Part shown: positions 29,895 to 39,592 of the stretch, piece by piece | Numbering within the stretch: the stretch's first letter is position 1 | Layout: every line of letters starts with the position of its first letter | Origin: Chlamydiota bacterium | Lineage (GTDB): Bacteria > Chlamydiota > Chlamydiia > Chlamydiales > RGXB01 | DNA: 64,000 bases | Assembly: GCA_016866495.1 (NCBI GenBank) | Contig: VGMG01000003.1 | Coordinates: 75,330-139,329, forward strand | Direction: 5' to 3' | Made by a program: the position numbers and the translations under genes | Notes under the pieces: model-generated | What the model was told of the DNA's origin: nothing | The model's input: the letters and a program-made list of their open reading frames with translations, nothing else | The model's database searches: none

Positions 29895-30137
29895 TTAGCG
29901 AAATAAGACATTCACTGCCGTCTGGATGAGGTTTAAAGCGCCGCGAATCGCAAGATCCACCACGTAGATTCCCATTCCAAATACGAATAGTGAGGCTAAA
30001 ACTGCTTTCGTTCCTCGGGCAACCTCTGCTTTTGTAGGCCAGGTGAGCTTACGCATTTCTGATTTAAAATCACCGAGCATAGAACTACTCTTTTTACTAT
30101 TGCTTGCTGTAGGAAAATCGACAGTTTTAGATGTCAT
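29895..30137 (-). CDS. secE: Preprotein translocase SecE
   Basis: EMRKLTWP followed by one TM helix; operon position. Confidence 0.93.
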   Translation of the reverse strand: MTSKTVDFPTASNSKKSSSMLGDFKSEMRKLTWPTKAEVARGTKAVLASLFVFGMGIYVVDLAIRGALNLIQTAVNVLFR

Positions 30138-30161
30138 GTTAAACCTTCTTTTGAAGATAAA

Positions 30162-30234
30162 CGAGTGCTGAGGGGATCGAACCCCCGACCTGCGGTTTTG
30201 GAGACCGACGCTCTACCAGCTGAGCTAAGCACCC
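30162..30234 (-). tRNA. tRNA-Trp (CCA)
   Basis: GGGTGCTTAGCTCAGCTGGTAGAGCGTCGGTCTCCAAAACCGCAGGTCGGGGGTTCGATCCCCTCAGCACTCG cloverleaf; 3' CCA not encoded. Confidence 0.95.
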
Positions 30235-30240
30235 AATAAA

Positions 30241-30271
30241 ATTTAGGGAGACCACCGTGGCCTCCCTAAAA
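30241..30271 (-). terminator. Hairpin between tuf and tRNA-Trp
   Basis: TTTAGGGAG...CTCCCTAAA inverted repeat. Confidence 0.55.
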
Positions 30272-30276
30272 TAGCA

Positions 30277-31458
30277 TTAAGCAAGAATATCTACAACTGT
30301 TCCTGCACCGATTGTTCTTCCGCCTTCACGGAGAGCAAATCTCATCCCTTTCTCAAGCGGCATGCTTGCAAGGAGTTCGATTGTGAGGTTGCAGTTGTCG
30401 CCTGGCATAACCATCTCTTTACCGTCCATTAGGTGAACTGTAGCAGTGATGTCAGCTGTGCGGATGTAAACTTGTGGTCTGTACCCTTCAAAGAAAGGCT
30501 TATGTCTTCCACCCTCTTCTTTCGTAAGAACGTAAAGCTGAGCTGTGAATTTTGTATGTGGTTTAATTGTACCAGGTTTTGCTACAACTTGACCACGTTG
30601 AACATCTTTTTTCTCAATACCGCGCAAGAGAAGTCCGACGTTTTCACCGGATTCTGCGTAGTCAAGAGTTTTTTGGAACATTTCAACACCGGTAACAGTA
30701 GTCTTTTTGGTGACTCCGTATCCAATGATTTCCATCTCTTCACCAACCCGTACTTGTCCACGCTCACAACGACCTGTTACTACAGTACCGCGGCCGGAGA
30801 TGGAGAATACGTCTTCGATTGGAAGACAGAAAGGCTTGTCGATTTCTCGAGCTGGTGTTTGGATGTATGTGTCAACGGCGTCCATCAATTTGTCGATAGC
30901 TGCTACGTACTTTGCATCTCCCTCAAGAGCTCTAAGTCCGGAACCACGGATGATTGGACAGTCTTTATAACCGTATTTTTCTAAAAGTTCAGTGATTTCG
31001 TACTCAACCAGGTCAATCAACTCTTCGTCACCTTCCATCATGTCAACTTTGTTCAAGAAAACAACGATAGCAGGAACACCAACTTGACGAGCCAAAAGAA
31101 TGTGCTCGCGTGTTTGTGGCATAGGACCATCAGTTGCAGCAACAACAAGGATGGCTCCATCCATTTGGGCCGCACCGGTGATCATGTTCTTTACGTAGTC
31201 AGCGTGACCAGGGCAGTCAACGTGAGCGTAGTGACGTGTAGTTGTTTCATACTCAACGTGTGTTGCGTTGATAGTAATACCACGCGCTTTTTCCTCAGGA
31301 GCTTTGTCGATTTGATCATAAGCTTTAAATTGCGCAAGCTTCTTATCTGCTTGGTTTTTAGTAATAGCAGCTGTCAAAGTTGTTTTACCATGGTCAACGT
31401 GGCCGATGGTACCGATATTTACGTGAGGTTTCGTACGCTGAAAACTCTCTTTTGCCAT
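30277..31458 (-). CDS. tuf: Elongation factor Tu
   Basis: [22 protein letters not shown] and NKVD motifs; true start MAKESF at 31458 (the longer ORF overlaps tRNA-Thr). Confidence 0.99.
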   Translation of the reverse strand: MAKESFQRTKPHVNIGTIGHVDHGKTTLTAAITKNQADKKLAQFKAYDQIDKAPEEKARGITINATHVEYETTTRHYAHVDCPGHADYVKNMITGAAQMDGAILVVAATDGPMPQTREHILLARQVGVPAIVVFLNKVDMMEGDEELIDLVEYEITELLEKYGYKDCPIIRGSGLRALEGDAKYVAAIDKLMDAVDTYIQTPAREIDKPFCLPIEDVFSISGRGTVVTGRCERGQVRVGEEMEIIGYGVTKKTTVTGVEMFQKTLDYAESGENVGLLLRGIEKKDVQRGQVVAKPGTIKPHTKFTAQLYVLTKEEGGRHKPFFEGYRPQVYIRTADITATVHLMDGKEMVMPGDNCNLTIELLASMPLEKGMRFALREGGRTIGAGTVVDILA

Positions 31459-31509
31459 TTGTCTCTCCTTCGAGTTTTTTAATCGAGGCGATTTAGTTTG
31501 TATTTTTTT

Positions 31510-31581
31510 TGCCCGGGAAAGGAATCGAACCTTCGACCTCACGCTTACCATGCGTGTGCTATACCACTAAGCTACCCGGGC
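31510..31581 (-). tRNA. tRNA-Thr (GGT)
   Basis: GCCCGGGTAGCTTAGTGGTATAGCACACGCATGGTAAGCGTGAGGTCGAAGGTTCGATTCCTTTCCCGGGCA. Confidence 0.95.
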
Positions 31582-31607
31582 GACACTCAAAAAAATGAAT
31601 GCTTAAG

Positions 31608-31636
31608 AGCATATTGGGTTTGCGTTATAAAAGCAA
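31608..31636 (-). promoter_or_regulatory. Putative promoter of tRNA-Thr-tuf
   Basis: Minus strand TTGCTT-17 nt-TATGCT. Confidence 0.5.
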
Positions 31637-31667
31637 GCCAATAATTTGACTCTCAAGAATTTCCAAG

Positions 31668-31895
31668 TTAGCGGATCCGATAGGTAATTCGGGCGCGATT
31701 CATGTCATAAGGACTCATCTCAAGCTTGACTTGGTCGCCTCTTGTTAAACGGATATTTCTTAAGCGGATCTTTCCGGATGGCGTAGCTGTAACATACATG
31801 TCTTCATAGCCATCAACTTTAACTTTGAACGTCGCATTAGGAAGAACGTCAATAATCTTCCCTTCAATTTCGATGAATTCCTCTTTTCCGGACAT
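31668..31895 (-). CDS. infA: Translation initiation factor IF-1
   Basis: IEIEGKIIDVLPNATFKV, SGKIR, GDQVKLEMSPYD and RITYR motifs. Confidence 0.96.
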   Translation of the reverse strand: MSGKEEFIEIEGKIIDVLPNATFKVKVDGYEDMYVTATPSGKIRLRNIRLTRGDQVKLEMSPYDMNRARITYRIR

Positions 31896-32122
31896 ATCTC
31901 CTCAGTTTTGCTGGGGTTGAGTTTAAGCTGTTTCGAGAAAATATACAAATGATTTTCTAAATCCCGTTCTGATTTGATCTCTTGACCATCTTCCCAAAAA
32001 AAGAAATTCATCAAAAGATCTCAAATAAAAAGTTTAAAACACGAATTTTTATGAATAAGGGGCTACATCCCCCCCCAATTTCTTGGAAAACAATCTTCCA
32101 TTGGATTATACTTTGAGCCGAG

Positions 32123-32539
32123 ATGAGCTTGGCCCAAAAAGAACAAACCCTTTTAGAGAATCTAGCGCACCTGTCTAATGAAGATTTTTATGACAAAATC
32201 ATGGAGTTAGGCCGAAAACTCCCCCCCTTTCCCTCCTCAAAAAAAATTCCTGACAATCGAGTCATTGGATGCCAAAGCTTGATGTATTGCCATGTTGAGA
32301 TTTTTGACGGGAAACTTGCGCTCAAAATCGACTCGGAGGCCCTTATCTCAAAAGGGTTAGCCGCCATTTTCGTCCAATTGTATGAGGGCCTTACAATTGA
32401 GGAGGCTTTAAATTACAGGCCCAGAATTTTCAGTTCTCTTGGGCCTTTTTTTTCCCTTTCTCTTTCAAGGCAAAATGGAATCGCTTCCCTTTTGCGACAC
32501 GTTTTAAAAAAGATTATAATGTTAAAAGCTTCAACATAA
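32123..32539 (+). CDS. sufE: SufE-family sulfur acceptor
   Basis: VIGCQS, DSEALISKGL and SRQNG motifs. Confidence 0.9.
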   Translation: MSLAQKEQTLLENLAHLSNEDFYDKIMELGRKLPPFPSSKKIPDNRVIGCQSLMYCHVEIFDGKLALKIDSEALISKGLAAIFVQLYEGLTIEEALNYRPRIFSSLGPFFSLSLSRQNGIASLLRHVLKKIIMLKAST

Positions 32540-32604
32540 TCTTAATATTTATTTCTAATTTTCAATCCTTTATTATCATTATATAATTAACCCTTTTGTA
32601 TGTT

Positions 32605-33576
32605 ATGAAAATAAATCTCCCCCCCTATACCAGCTATGAAAACGGTACCCTGACTCATCCCAGTAAAATAGATACAGATGAGGGCTCTAGATCCCTAGAA
32701 TATTATGATGTTTCAAAAAAAATCCTAGATCTAAAAATATCAATTATTTTCTTGGAAATTAAAAATGCATTTTACCTTATTTTACAAAAAGTAGCCCCCC
32801 CAGTACTTGGTTACTACCTTTGGACTCGAACAAGCAACATCCCAATTTTAAAAAAAACATTCTTGATCATTCTCCCTATAAATATTCTTGCTAAATATAT
32901 TTTCGATTTGGTCGCGCCAATTCAAGAGGCTACAGAGGCAAAAATAATCGAAAACACCTCCTTAATAAGACTTTACTCCAGTTTATACAAAAAAAATATC
33001 GACGAACTTAGAGGTGTGCCCCAGGAGACAACAGTTCCTGGTACTAGATTTTGGCGTGCTCCTAAACTGATCGCGGAAAAAGAGGTATTGATTGCCCGCC
33101 AAATAGAACTTCAAGACCTAGATATGGCGGCGCTCTACAGCAAATATAGAGACTTTGGTATTGCAATCGATGAAAGTAGTGAAAATTACGATGAGGCTCT
33201 CGAACAGAAAGCTGATCGCATAAATGAATTGAGACACTCCATTCCGAAAGACGCTGAAATGTTCGCTCGATACCTCAGAAAAAAATTTTTGAAGGAAGAC
33301 GGTATCTGTCCTAACGTGCTGCCGATTTACCTTAGTGAGCTCAATAAGATGCAGAATGAAGAGGGTTATCGCTTTGTCCAAATAGAGGGCTCAAATGCCA
33401 AAATTTTTCCGGAAGCACCCGTTCTCGTTTTTTGCCAAAAGTCCAAGAATGTCATTATAAATTTTAAAGAACTGGAAAATCTTCTTAAAGAAGCCCACTC
33501 CAACAAAAAATCATTCAAAGAATTTATAGATGATTTACATTCAGAGTTCCAAGAACGCTCAAAGCCAGTGATTTAA
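32605..33576 (+). CDS. Hypothetical Inc-like membrane protein
   Basis: Low-complexity N-terminus, paired hydrophobic segments, then a charged helical region; ATG at 32605. Confidence 0.65.
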   Translation: MKINLPPYTSYENGTLTHPSKIDTDEGSRSLEYYDVSKKILDLKISIIFLEIKNAFYLILQKVAPPVLGYYLWTRTSNIPILKKTFLIILPINILAKYIFDLVAPIQEATEAKIIENTSLIRLYSSLYKKNIDELRGVPQETTVPGTRFWRAPKLIAEKEVLIARQIELQDLDMAALYSKYRDFGIAIDESSENYDEALEQKADRINELRHSIPKDAEMFARYLRKKFLKEDGICPNVLPIYLSELNKMQNEEGYRFVQIEGSNAKIFPEAPVLVFCQKSKNVIINFKELENLLKEAHSNKKSFKEFIDDLHSEFQERSKPVI

Positions 33577-33675
33577 ATATTTGCTCTACCGATGAATTAA
33601 ATGTAAATTAATTTATATTGTTTTTTAATATGTGTGAGTGGGCTAAAATGGGTCTCTTAAAAAAAGAGGTTATGA

Positions 33676-34656
33676 ATGAATCCACTCGCACTCTCAACCA
33701 GCTCACCAGATTCTTTAGATTATCCATCGCGTTTATCTTCAAAATCGAGCGCTACTGTTAACCAAGTGCGTGATTTGGGCTATGAATTGACCTGTTTAAA
33801 AGTCAAACACGTAGCGCTTATGTCCTTATGGGCCGTGTTTAAATTATTTTCTTATCTCTCTTTTACGGCTCCACTGGCATCACACTTCAGAAAAACTGCG
33901 CCGGTTCTTTGTAATTATATTTCTACAACCCTTGCTTTAGTTACAGGGATCTATCTTTTTGAAAAATTTATTACTACTCTTTTTCCCAAGTATAATGATT
34001 GGGTTGAGACTCAAATCACCAGAAACAGAAAAAAAGTGAATGTGTTGACCAAGGTTTACAATCGTCTAGAGCATGATCCGAGAATTCCTGAGGAAAAATC
34101 GATCATAGATTTCTTTAACCCATGGTATACAAAATCCTTACGCATCTATCCTGCCGATGCTTTAAACTTCCAAAGAGAGGAAGAGCTTGAAGCGGCCCGC
34201 GAGTCTTATGACAAAATTAAAAAACTCCTGCGTAAACCTAATGATGTATCTACCGATGACCCGGCCTTTTACGCAATAAACGCGACAAAACAGGCCATGG
34301 ATGAGGATTTCTACAAGTTCTTAATGACCGATCTTTTACCCGATGTTTTAAAGGTTTGCCAAAATAAACTTATTGACGAAGAGCTCATAGATCCTAATCA
34401 ACCAGAACCGAAGGCTCTGGAATCTAGAAGCTGGCACACAACAACAACATCAAATCAACACGGGATTCAATTCGCAAATCTAAGATTTGATGAGCATGCT
34501 AAGACAACCCCAGATCGTCCATTGATCAAAAGCTTCACTAAAGAAGGGCAAAAGCACTATACTTATCAACAATTCTTTTCTCGACTTCAGCTCTGTATAG
34601 AGAACAACTCAAAAATAGAAATTTTTATAGATCATCTCTATAGAGAACTCCACTAG
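33676..34656 (+). CDS. Hypothetical Inc-like membrane protein (distant paralogue of the previous gene)
   Basis: Ser-rich N-terminus, bilobed hydrophobic region, similar C-terminus (FIDHLYREL vs FIDDLHSEF); RBS GAGG. Confidence 0.68.
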   Translation: MNPLALSTSSPDSLDYPSRLSSKSSATVNQVRDLGYELTCLKVKHVALMSLWAVFKLFSYLSFTAPLASHFRKTAPVLCNYISTTLALVTGIYLFEKFITTLFPKYNDWVETQITRNRKKVNVLTKVYNRLEHDPRIPEEKSIIDFFNPWYTKSLRIYPADALNFQREEELEAARESYDKIKKLLRKPNDVSTDDPAFYAINATKQAMDEDFYKFLMTDLLPDVLKVCQNKLIDEELIDPNQPEPKALESRSWHTTTTSNQHGIQFANLRFDEHAKTTPDRPLIKSFTKEGQKHYTYQQFFSRLQLCIENNSKIEIFIDHLYRELH

Positions 34657-34690
34657 TTCTTTTTTCTCTTCTACGATAATTAAATGATTT

Positions 34691-34717
34691 AAAGACCTGA
34701 AGATTTTCAGGTCTTTT
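34691..34717. terminator. Terminator hairpin
   Basis: AAAGACCTGAA-GATT-TTCAGGTCTTTT. Confidence 0.65.
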
Positions 34718-34772
34718 AAATTTATCAATTTCTTGTTATAATATTTCGAAAAACTTTACAAACAAGAAAACT

Positions 34773-35588
34773 ATGGACATCAAAATATTTACAGAACTTC
34801 CCAGCTGCATCGAAAGTTACCAGCTTCGCTACGAACAAGTGAAATCCGAAAAGATAAAAAGAGTAGCCCTGTACTATCTTCATACTGTTGGTAAATTCCT
34901 GATAAGTGCTATTCAAACAATTTATATATTAGAGCATTTTCCAAAGTTCACTCCCCTGGTAGTTATCTTAGCTGGAGCTGTTTTTTCCAAATTTCATGGA
35001 ATATTTATCGATGGTTTCCATAAAAGAATAGCCCCATTAAAAAAAGAGGAATCGTCTTTGAAAAAGGCTTTAAGCCTACCTGATCTTGAACATTTAGATT
35101 TAGATTCTAATTCCTATCTCTCTCCTTTTGATAAAAAAATCTTCAAAATGATTTTGCAAAAAGTCGAAAGTAAAAGTCTCAAATTTGCGAATTCAAAAAC
35201 CCAAATGGCTACCTTTCCCGAGTATAGGGAGATTTTTTATAAGTATAACGTTCCGGCATTAGAATTTTATGCAAAAAAAGCGATGGAAAACCGACCTGAT
35301 AAAGATCTCATATCAGTTCATGTACTCAAAAAAGAGTATGATCCCGACAGCCCCGTAGACCTTCACTTAGATTTTGATACACTCCATACCCAACTGTGCT
35401 ATGGATATAAAAGCGAATTTACCATTTTGGCTTTTACGCGACCAACATTAGATCCTGCCTCTCCAAGTATTCGAAAATTTGAAGTGAAACTTAATGCTGA
35501 TGATTTGTTATCGGTGAATAACTATGAGAGGGCTGTCCAAAAAGCCCTTTTTGAATTAGAACAGGCTTTTCCTCTTGCAGCGAACTGA
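34773..35588 (+). CDS. Hypothetical membrane protein (Inc-like layout)
   Basis: Two N-terminal hydrophobic stretches followed by a soluble domain. Confidence 0.6.
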   Translation: MDIKIFTELPSCIESYQLRYEQVKSEKIKRVALYYLHTVGKFLISAIQTIYILEHFPKFTPLVVILAGAVFSKFHGIFIDGFHKRIAPLKKEESSLKKALSLPDLEHLDLDSNSYLSPFDKKIFKMILQKVESKSLKFANSKTQMATFPEYREIFYKYNVPALEFYAKKAMENRPDKDLISVHVLKKEYDPDSPVDLHLDFDTLHTQLCYGYKSEFTILAFTRPTLDPASPSIRKFEVKLNADDLLSVNNYERAVQKALFELEQAFPLAAN

Positions 35589-35648
35589 GTATATTCCTAA
35601 CTATATTTTTCCAATAAAAGAAGCTTGAAAAGGGCCCTTTTATCTTTT

Positions 35649-36863
35649 CTAACCCTGAATTAATTTGAGGGTCTGGATGTAAATAACGTAAAAAGAAAAC
35701 AAGCCTAGTAGCAAAAGAACCGATTTTTTCATCAAAAGACTTGAACCCTCTTGAATTTTCTGGAAATATCTACCGACCCAGCACATGCTGATCGGAATCA
35801 AACCACTGAGCCAAGTATCACCATATCCTCCGGTCAAGTCCAAAGCCGTGAGAAAAGCATTCGGTATTGTATAACTTAAAAAAAGCGTCGGTAAAATGAT
35901 CAAAAGAGTTATACCAAATAGTGTTCTAGCATCTTCTTGAAGAGAAAAAAGGTCTCTTAAAAAACCCACCAAGCCAAAGCCAATCCCTATAAATGAGGTT
36001 ACTAAGGAGAGAAAAGCGAAACTATCAACTATGGGTGCAAGCAGACTTGATTGGGTATGATAGGTAAGAACCTCGGTTGAAGACATCCCTTTGCTCAAAG
36101 CGTATTTCAATCCCATTTCCCCCTCAATTGGAACTATCCCCAAAACAACAATTTCATAAGCAAGATAAACAAATAATGGGATCACAGAACCTATGAAAAT
36201 AGCTTTAAAAAGAGCGTTTCTGTCCCTTTTCAAGAGCTCTACAAGACTTGGAACCATAATTTGGTAACTAAAAGTAGTCAAAATCAAAGGGAGGGTTAGC
36301 GGGATTTTTGAAAAGTTTGCACTTAATGGGATGGATTTAAAATAGCTCCCCCCGATAACTAAAATAAGAGCAAAACTGAAAATAAGACCCATCACAAGAA
36401 AGTGGTTCAGACGAGAGACAAGATTTTCTTTTAAAAGAAAGATAGCTCCAAATAGGGCTGAGAAAATCGCTAAGGCTACCCCCCGCGATAAAAATATGTC
36501 AATAAAATATTTAAAAAATTTTCCCATTAGGGGGGCACCCGCCGTTACGTATGCCACAAGTGAACCCAAACCCATAAAAAGAACTAAAAAAATCGAAAGA
36601 TATCTTCCTGAAGGGCCTAAAAATCTCTGGGACAGGCTTACTAGATGGGGGTGAGGCGTTTTAACCCAAAGGGTCGCCTCTATAAGTAAAAGGCCCGTTA
36701 AAAGCATATAACACCAGGCTATGAAAAGCCCAACTACGGCCGGAAGAAATCCAGCTTCAGCTGTTTCTACGGGTAAAGCCAACATCCCTCCCCCGATACA
36801 GGTGCCCGCCACAAGAGCCACTCCTCCCCATAGAGGGATAGATTGTTGAATTTGTTTTTCCAT
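35649..36863 (-). CDS. Aromatic amino acid permease (TyrP/Mtr, HAAAP family)
   Basis: LVAGTCIGGGMLALP, FSYQIMVPSL and TSFIGIGFGL motifs; about 11 TM helices. Confidence 0.9.
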   Translation of the reverse strand: MEKQIQQSIPLWGGVALVAGTCIGGGMLALPVETAEAGFLPAVVGLFIAWCYMLLTGLLLIEATLWVKTPHPHLVSLSQRFLGPSGRYLSIFLVLFMGLGSLVAYVTAGAPLMGKFFKYFIDIFLSRGVALAIFSALFGAIFLLKENLVSRLNHFLVMGLIFSFALILVIGGSYFKSIPLSANFSKIPLTLPLILTTFSYQIMVPSLVELLKRDRNALFKAIFIGSVIPLFVYLAYEIVVLGIVPIEGEMGLKYALSKGMSSTEVLTYHTQSSLLAPIVDSFAFLSLVTSFIGIGFGLVGFLRDLFSLQEDARTLFGITLLIILPTLFLSYTIPNAFLTALDLTGGYGDTWLSGLIPISMCWVGRYFQKIQEGSSLLMKKSVLLLLGLFSFYVIYIQTLKLIQG

Positions 36864-37026
36864 GAACTTCAAAAGGTTAGTAAAACGAAAAAAAAAAGGG
36901 TAGAAAAAAAATTTTTATCATAAAAAAATTATAATTTTTATTTTAACGTTTGGAGTAATTGTCGTAAAATTTTATAATAATCCCTTAGTAATAGATCGTG
37001 ATCTTTCAAATAAAGAGGTGCTTTTC

Positions 37027-37791
37027 ATGTCAGCCCAACGATTACCAGTGAGTGTCCCACCGGCACATGGACCACTATATAGTCTGTATTCTTTTTGCGA
37101 AGAGATGTCCTGGGGGGAGGAACCCGCCGATTGTAAATACGCAAAAGGTGAAGAGGGCTCAAAAAGTGCTCTTATTTACATCAACGGTGTGCGTCAAAAA
37201 ATGCTTGATATCGATTGTGTCCACAATCTTACCTCAAAAAACACCCAAAAACACACCTATACCATCGCAAACGTTACAAACGGTATTGCAAAAGATTTTT
37301 TTAGATGCGTGAAGCTTTGGCTTGGCGGTCAAAGCCCTGCCGCTCTAAAGCTCAAGGAAACATTAGAAAGCCTACCCGACAACATTACAGAAATTAAAAT
37401 TTTATGCCATAGTGAAGGAAGTCTGATCACGCGCCAAGCTCTTCATAATCTTCCCCACGACACATTTGTAAAACTATACCCGAAATTAAATATCGTAAGT
37501 CTTGGAGCTCCCTTTTTCTTCGATCGACGCTACGCCAGTAAAATTGAAAATCACCTCTCCATCTATGATCCCGTCTCCTTTATTTTGAATCCTTTTTTTA
37601 TTTTTAGGTACATTTGGGCGTCGATAGTTTTACTTAAGAATAAATTGGAGGGGTTAAAAGAACCGGTAAAAATAGGAAATTACTGTCCCCTCTACTTCTA
37701 TACCCCCCACTCGAATCGCCCTATTGACGAGCACAGTCTCTATAAACCGACTCTGGGAATGACCTACATGAACCATATATTAGACGAATAG
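37027..37791 (+). CDS. Alpha/beta-hydrolase, DUF687-like
   Basis: IYINGV, HSEG nucleophile elbow, SLGAP, YDPVS and EHS; ATG 37027 after GAGGTG. Confidence 0.72.
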   Translation: MSAQRLPVSVPPAHGPLYSLYSFCEEMSWGEEPADCKYAKGEEGSKSALIYINGVRQKMLDIDCVHNLTSKNTQKHTYTIANVTNGIAKDFFRCVKLWLGGQSPAALKLKETLESLPDNITEIKILCHSEGSLITRQALHNLPHDTFVKLYPKLNIVSLGAPFFFDRRYASKIENHLSIYDPVSFILNPFFIFRYIWASIVLLKNKLEGLKEPVKIGNYCPLYFYTPHSNRPIDEHSLYKPTLGMTYMNHILDE

Positions 37792-37800
37792 AAATGTTGT

Positions 37801-38484
37801 ATGTGCGTTAAACCCTATTTTGAGACTTTACACTCCAACCCTAGCGCCACGACCCAATCTATTTTCATCAACGGCATCAATAACACACCTGAAAAGGCAC
37901 TAGAAATATCCAGGCCTTTCCGTTCTTTTTCTCACAACATCGAGCATCTAGTGAATCCTACTGATGGCTTTTTGCAAGATCACATGAGAATTTTGCAGGC
38001 CAAAATAGGATTTGGCACTGAAGCTGCAGAAGTACTTGCCAAAAGGCTAGAATCCTACAGCCACTTAGACACTAAAATTTTGTTAATTGGTCATTCCGAA
38101 GGGGGGCTGATCATCCAAAGAGCTTTGGAAAAACTCAAAAAAAGAGCCCCTGATTCTTTAATCAAACGAATATCCGTACACACCTTAGGCTCAAGTAGTT
38201 TTTATAGAAATACCTTTGGTGTAAAAAAACTGACCCACCATGTCACACTTTTTGATTTCTTGTGCTTTTTCCAAAGCCCGTTAGTTTTGATCCTCTCTTT
38301 CATCGGTTTTATCAAATTATTGTTCAATAAAATTATTTGGAAAAAAGAGACTGCGCGGATTGGACTCTTAAATGTTAAATTTTATTGCCCTAGATCATTC
38401 AATATACATTTAGAGCACATAGTCTCAAAAGGGCTCTACAATGAGATCCTTCGCAAGAAACTGACAAAAGAAAATCACTCTTGA
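37801..38484 (+). CDS. Alpha/beta-hydrolase, DUF687-like (paralogue)
   Basis: IFINGI, NPTDG, GHSEGG, TLGS, FDFL and EHI. Confidence 0.72.
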   Translation: MCVKPYFETLHSNPSATTQSIFINGINNTPEKALEISRPFRSFSHNIEHLVNPTDGFLQDHMRILQAKIGFGTEAAEVLAKRLESYSHLDTKILLIGHSEGGLIIQRALEKLKKRAPDSLIKRISVHTLGSSSFYRNTFGVKKLTHHVTLFDFLCFFQSPLVLILSFIGFIKLLFNKIIWKKETARIGLLNVKFYCPRSFNIHLEHIVSKGLYNEILRKKLTKENHS

Positions 38485-38496
38485 GCTCCTAATCTT

Positions 38497-39570
38497 TCAT
38501 CCACCAGACAATAATATCCACTCATTCTGTAGAGGATTTGTCCAGTGAGGTCTTTTTTGGCTGTCTAAATAAATATTAGATTCCAGCCGCACTCCGAATC
38601 TATTTTCCAAATATACCGCCGGTTCTATACTCATTACCATGTTTTCTTCTGGCGTCCTTAGATCGGGCTCTTCTATACTATCGAAGTGCATGGATAATCC
38701 ATGTAAACTTCTATCAATAGAGTGCCCTGTGCGATGAAAGATATTTTCTCGAAAACCCCTATCGATTAAAACTTTTCTTGCCGCTTGATCTACTTCATAT
38801 CCCCTGACTTTTTCTTGTATCGAATCAAAAGCATTTTTTTGGGCAGCAAGGACAGCATTAAAAGCCTCAATTTCTTCTTTTTGGGGTTTACGGTTCACCA
38901 TGAACATAAATGTTCTGTCCGCATAGATAGCATTTGGTTCTTTCAGTCTTGCCCATAAATCTATAAGAAGAGGCCCCTCGTTTTGAATGAGTGCACCCAT
39001 CCCCTCCATATGGTAATGGGGCAAAGCGCTGTTTCTTCTAAAAGCTACAATCGGTTGTGAAACAGTTTCCATCCCCTCTTTATCAATTTGCTCAAAAAGC
39101 CAAGTCACGATCTTTTTTTCACAGAGACCTTCCCTGAAAGTAAACCAATCCACAAAATTTTTAATGATACGCTCTATTCTATGATTCGCCTCAATATGCG
39201 TCTCTACCATTTGAGGTGTCAAACAAAAGACCTTTTGCCTGTATGATTCGGCGGATTTGAGAGCAATTTTGTGGTTTTTGAGCTCTTCAACAATTTTATA
39301 AGGGATGATATCAAAATCTACATAGACCTCTTGCCCCTCTAAAAAAAGCGCTAAATTCTCAAGGAGTTCTTTTTTTGTAAAAAAAGAGCGCACCTCATCA
39401 AAATAGCCCTTTTTATAGGATTCCTGCTCGATAGAAAAGACAAAAGCTACTCTCTTATTAGAAAAGATTACGATGTAACACCATCTTGATCCTGTTTGGA
39501 GGTCATTAAAAAGCTGGCGCACTCCCGGATGGATCCCTTTATGATCAACGATCAAGTAGCAAGATGACAC
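38497..39570 (-). CDS. M24-family (Xaa-Pro) aminopeptidase
   Basis: Metal ligands in LIDLWA, YADRT, HRTGHSI, IEPAVY and VRLESN. Confidence 0.88.
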   Translation of the reverse strand: MSSCYLIVDHKGIHPGVRQLFNDLQTGSRWCYIVIFSNKRVAFVFSIEQESYKKGYFDEVRSFFTKKELLENLALFLEGQEVYVDFDIIPYKIVEELKNHKIALKSAESYRQKVFCLTPQMVETHIEANHRIERIIKNFVDWFTFREGLCEKKIVTWLFEQIDKEGMETVSQPIVAFRRNSALPHYHMEGMGALIQNEGPLLIDLWARLKEPNAIYADRTFMFMVNRKPQKEEIEAFNAVLAAQKNAFDSIQEKVRGYEVDQAARKVLIDRGFRENIFHRTGHSIDRSLHGLSMHFDSIEEPDLRTPEENMVMSIEPAVYLENRFGVRLESNIYLDSQKRPHWTNPLQNEWILLSGG

Positions 39571-39592
39571 TTTTAGTTTTTCCCCTGTGAGG

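Noticed and set aside
31459-31551. 31-aa N-terminal extension of EF-Tu in the ORF track
   Set aside because: Overlaps tRNA-Thr; the canonical MAKE start has its own RBS
32596-34656. Identical 326-aa lengths of two adjacent ORFs
   Set aside because: Depends on a TTG start; the likely ATG gives 323 aa, so the exact match is coincidental
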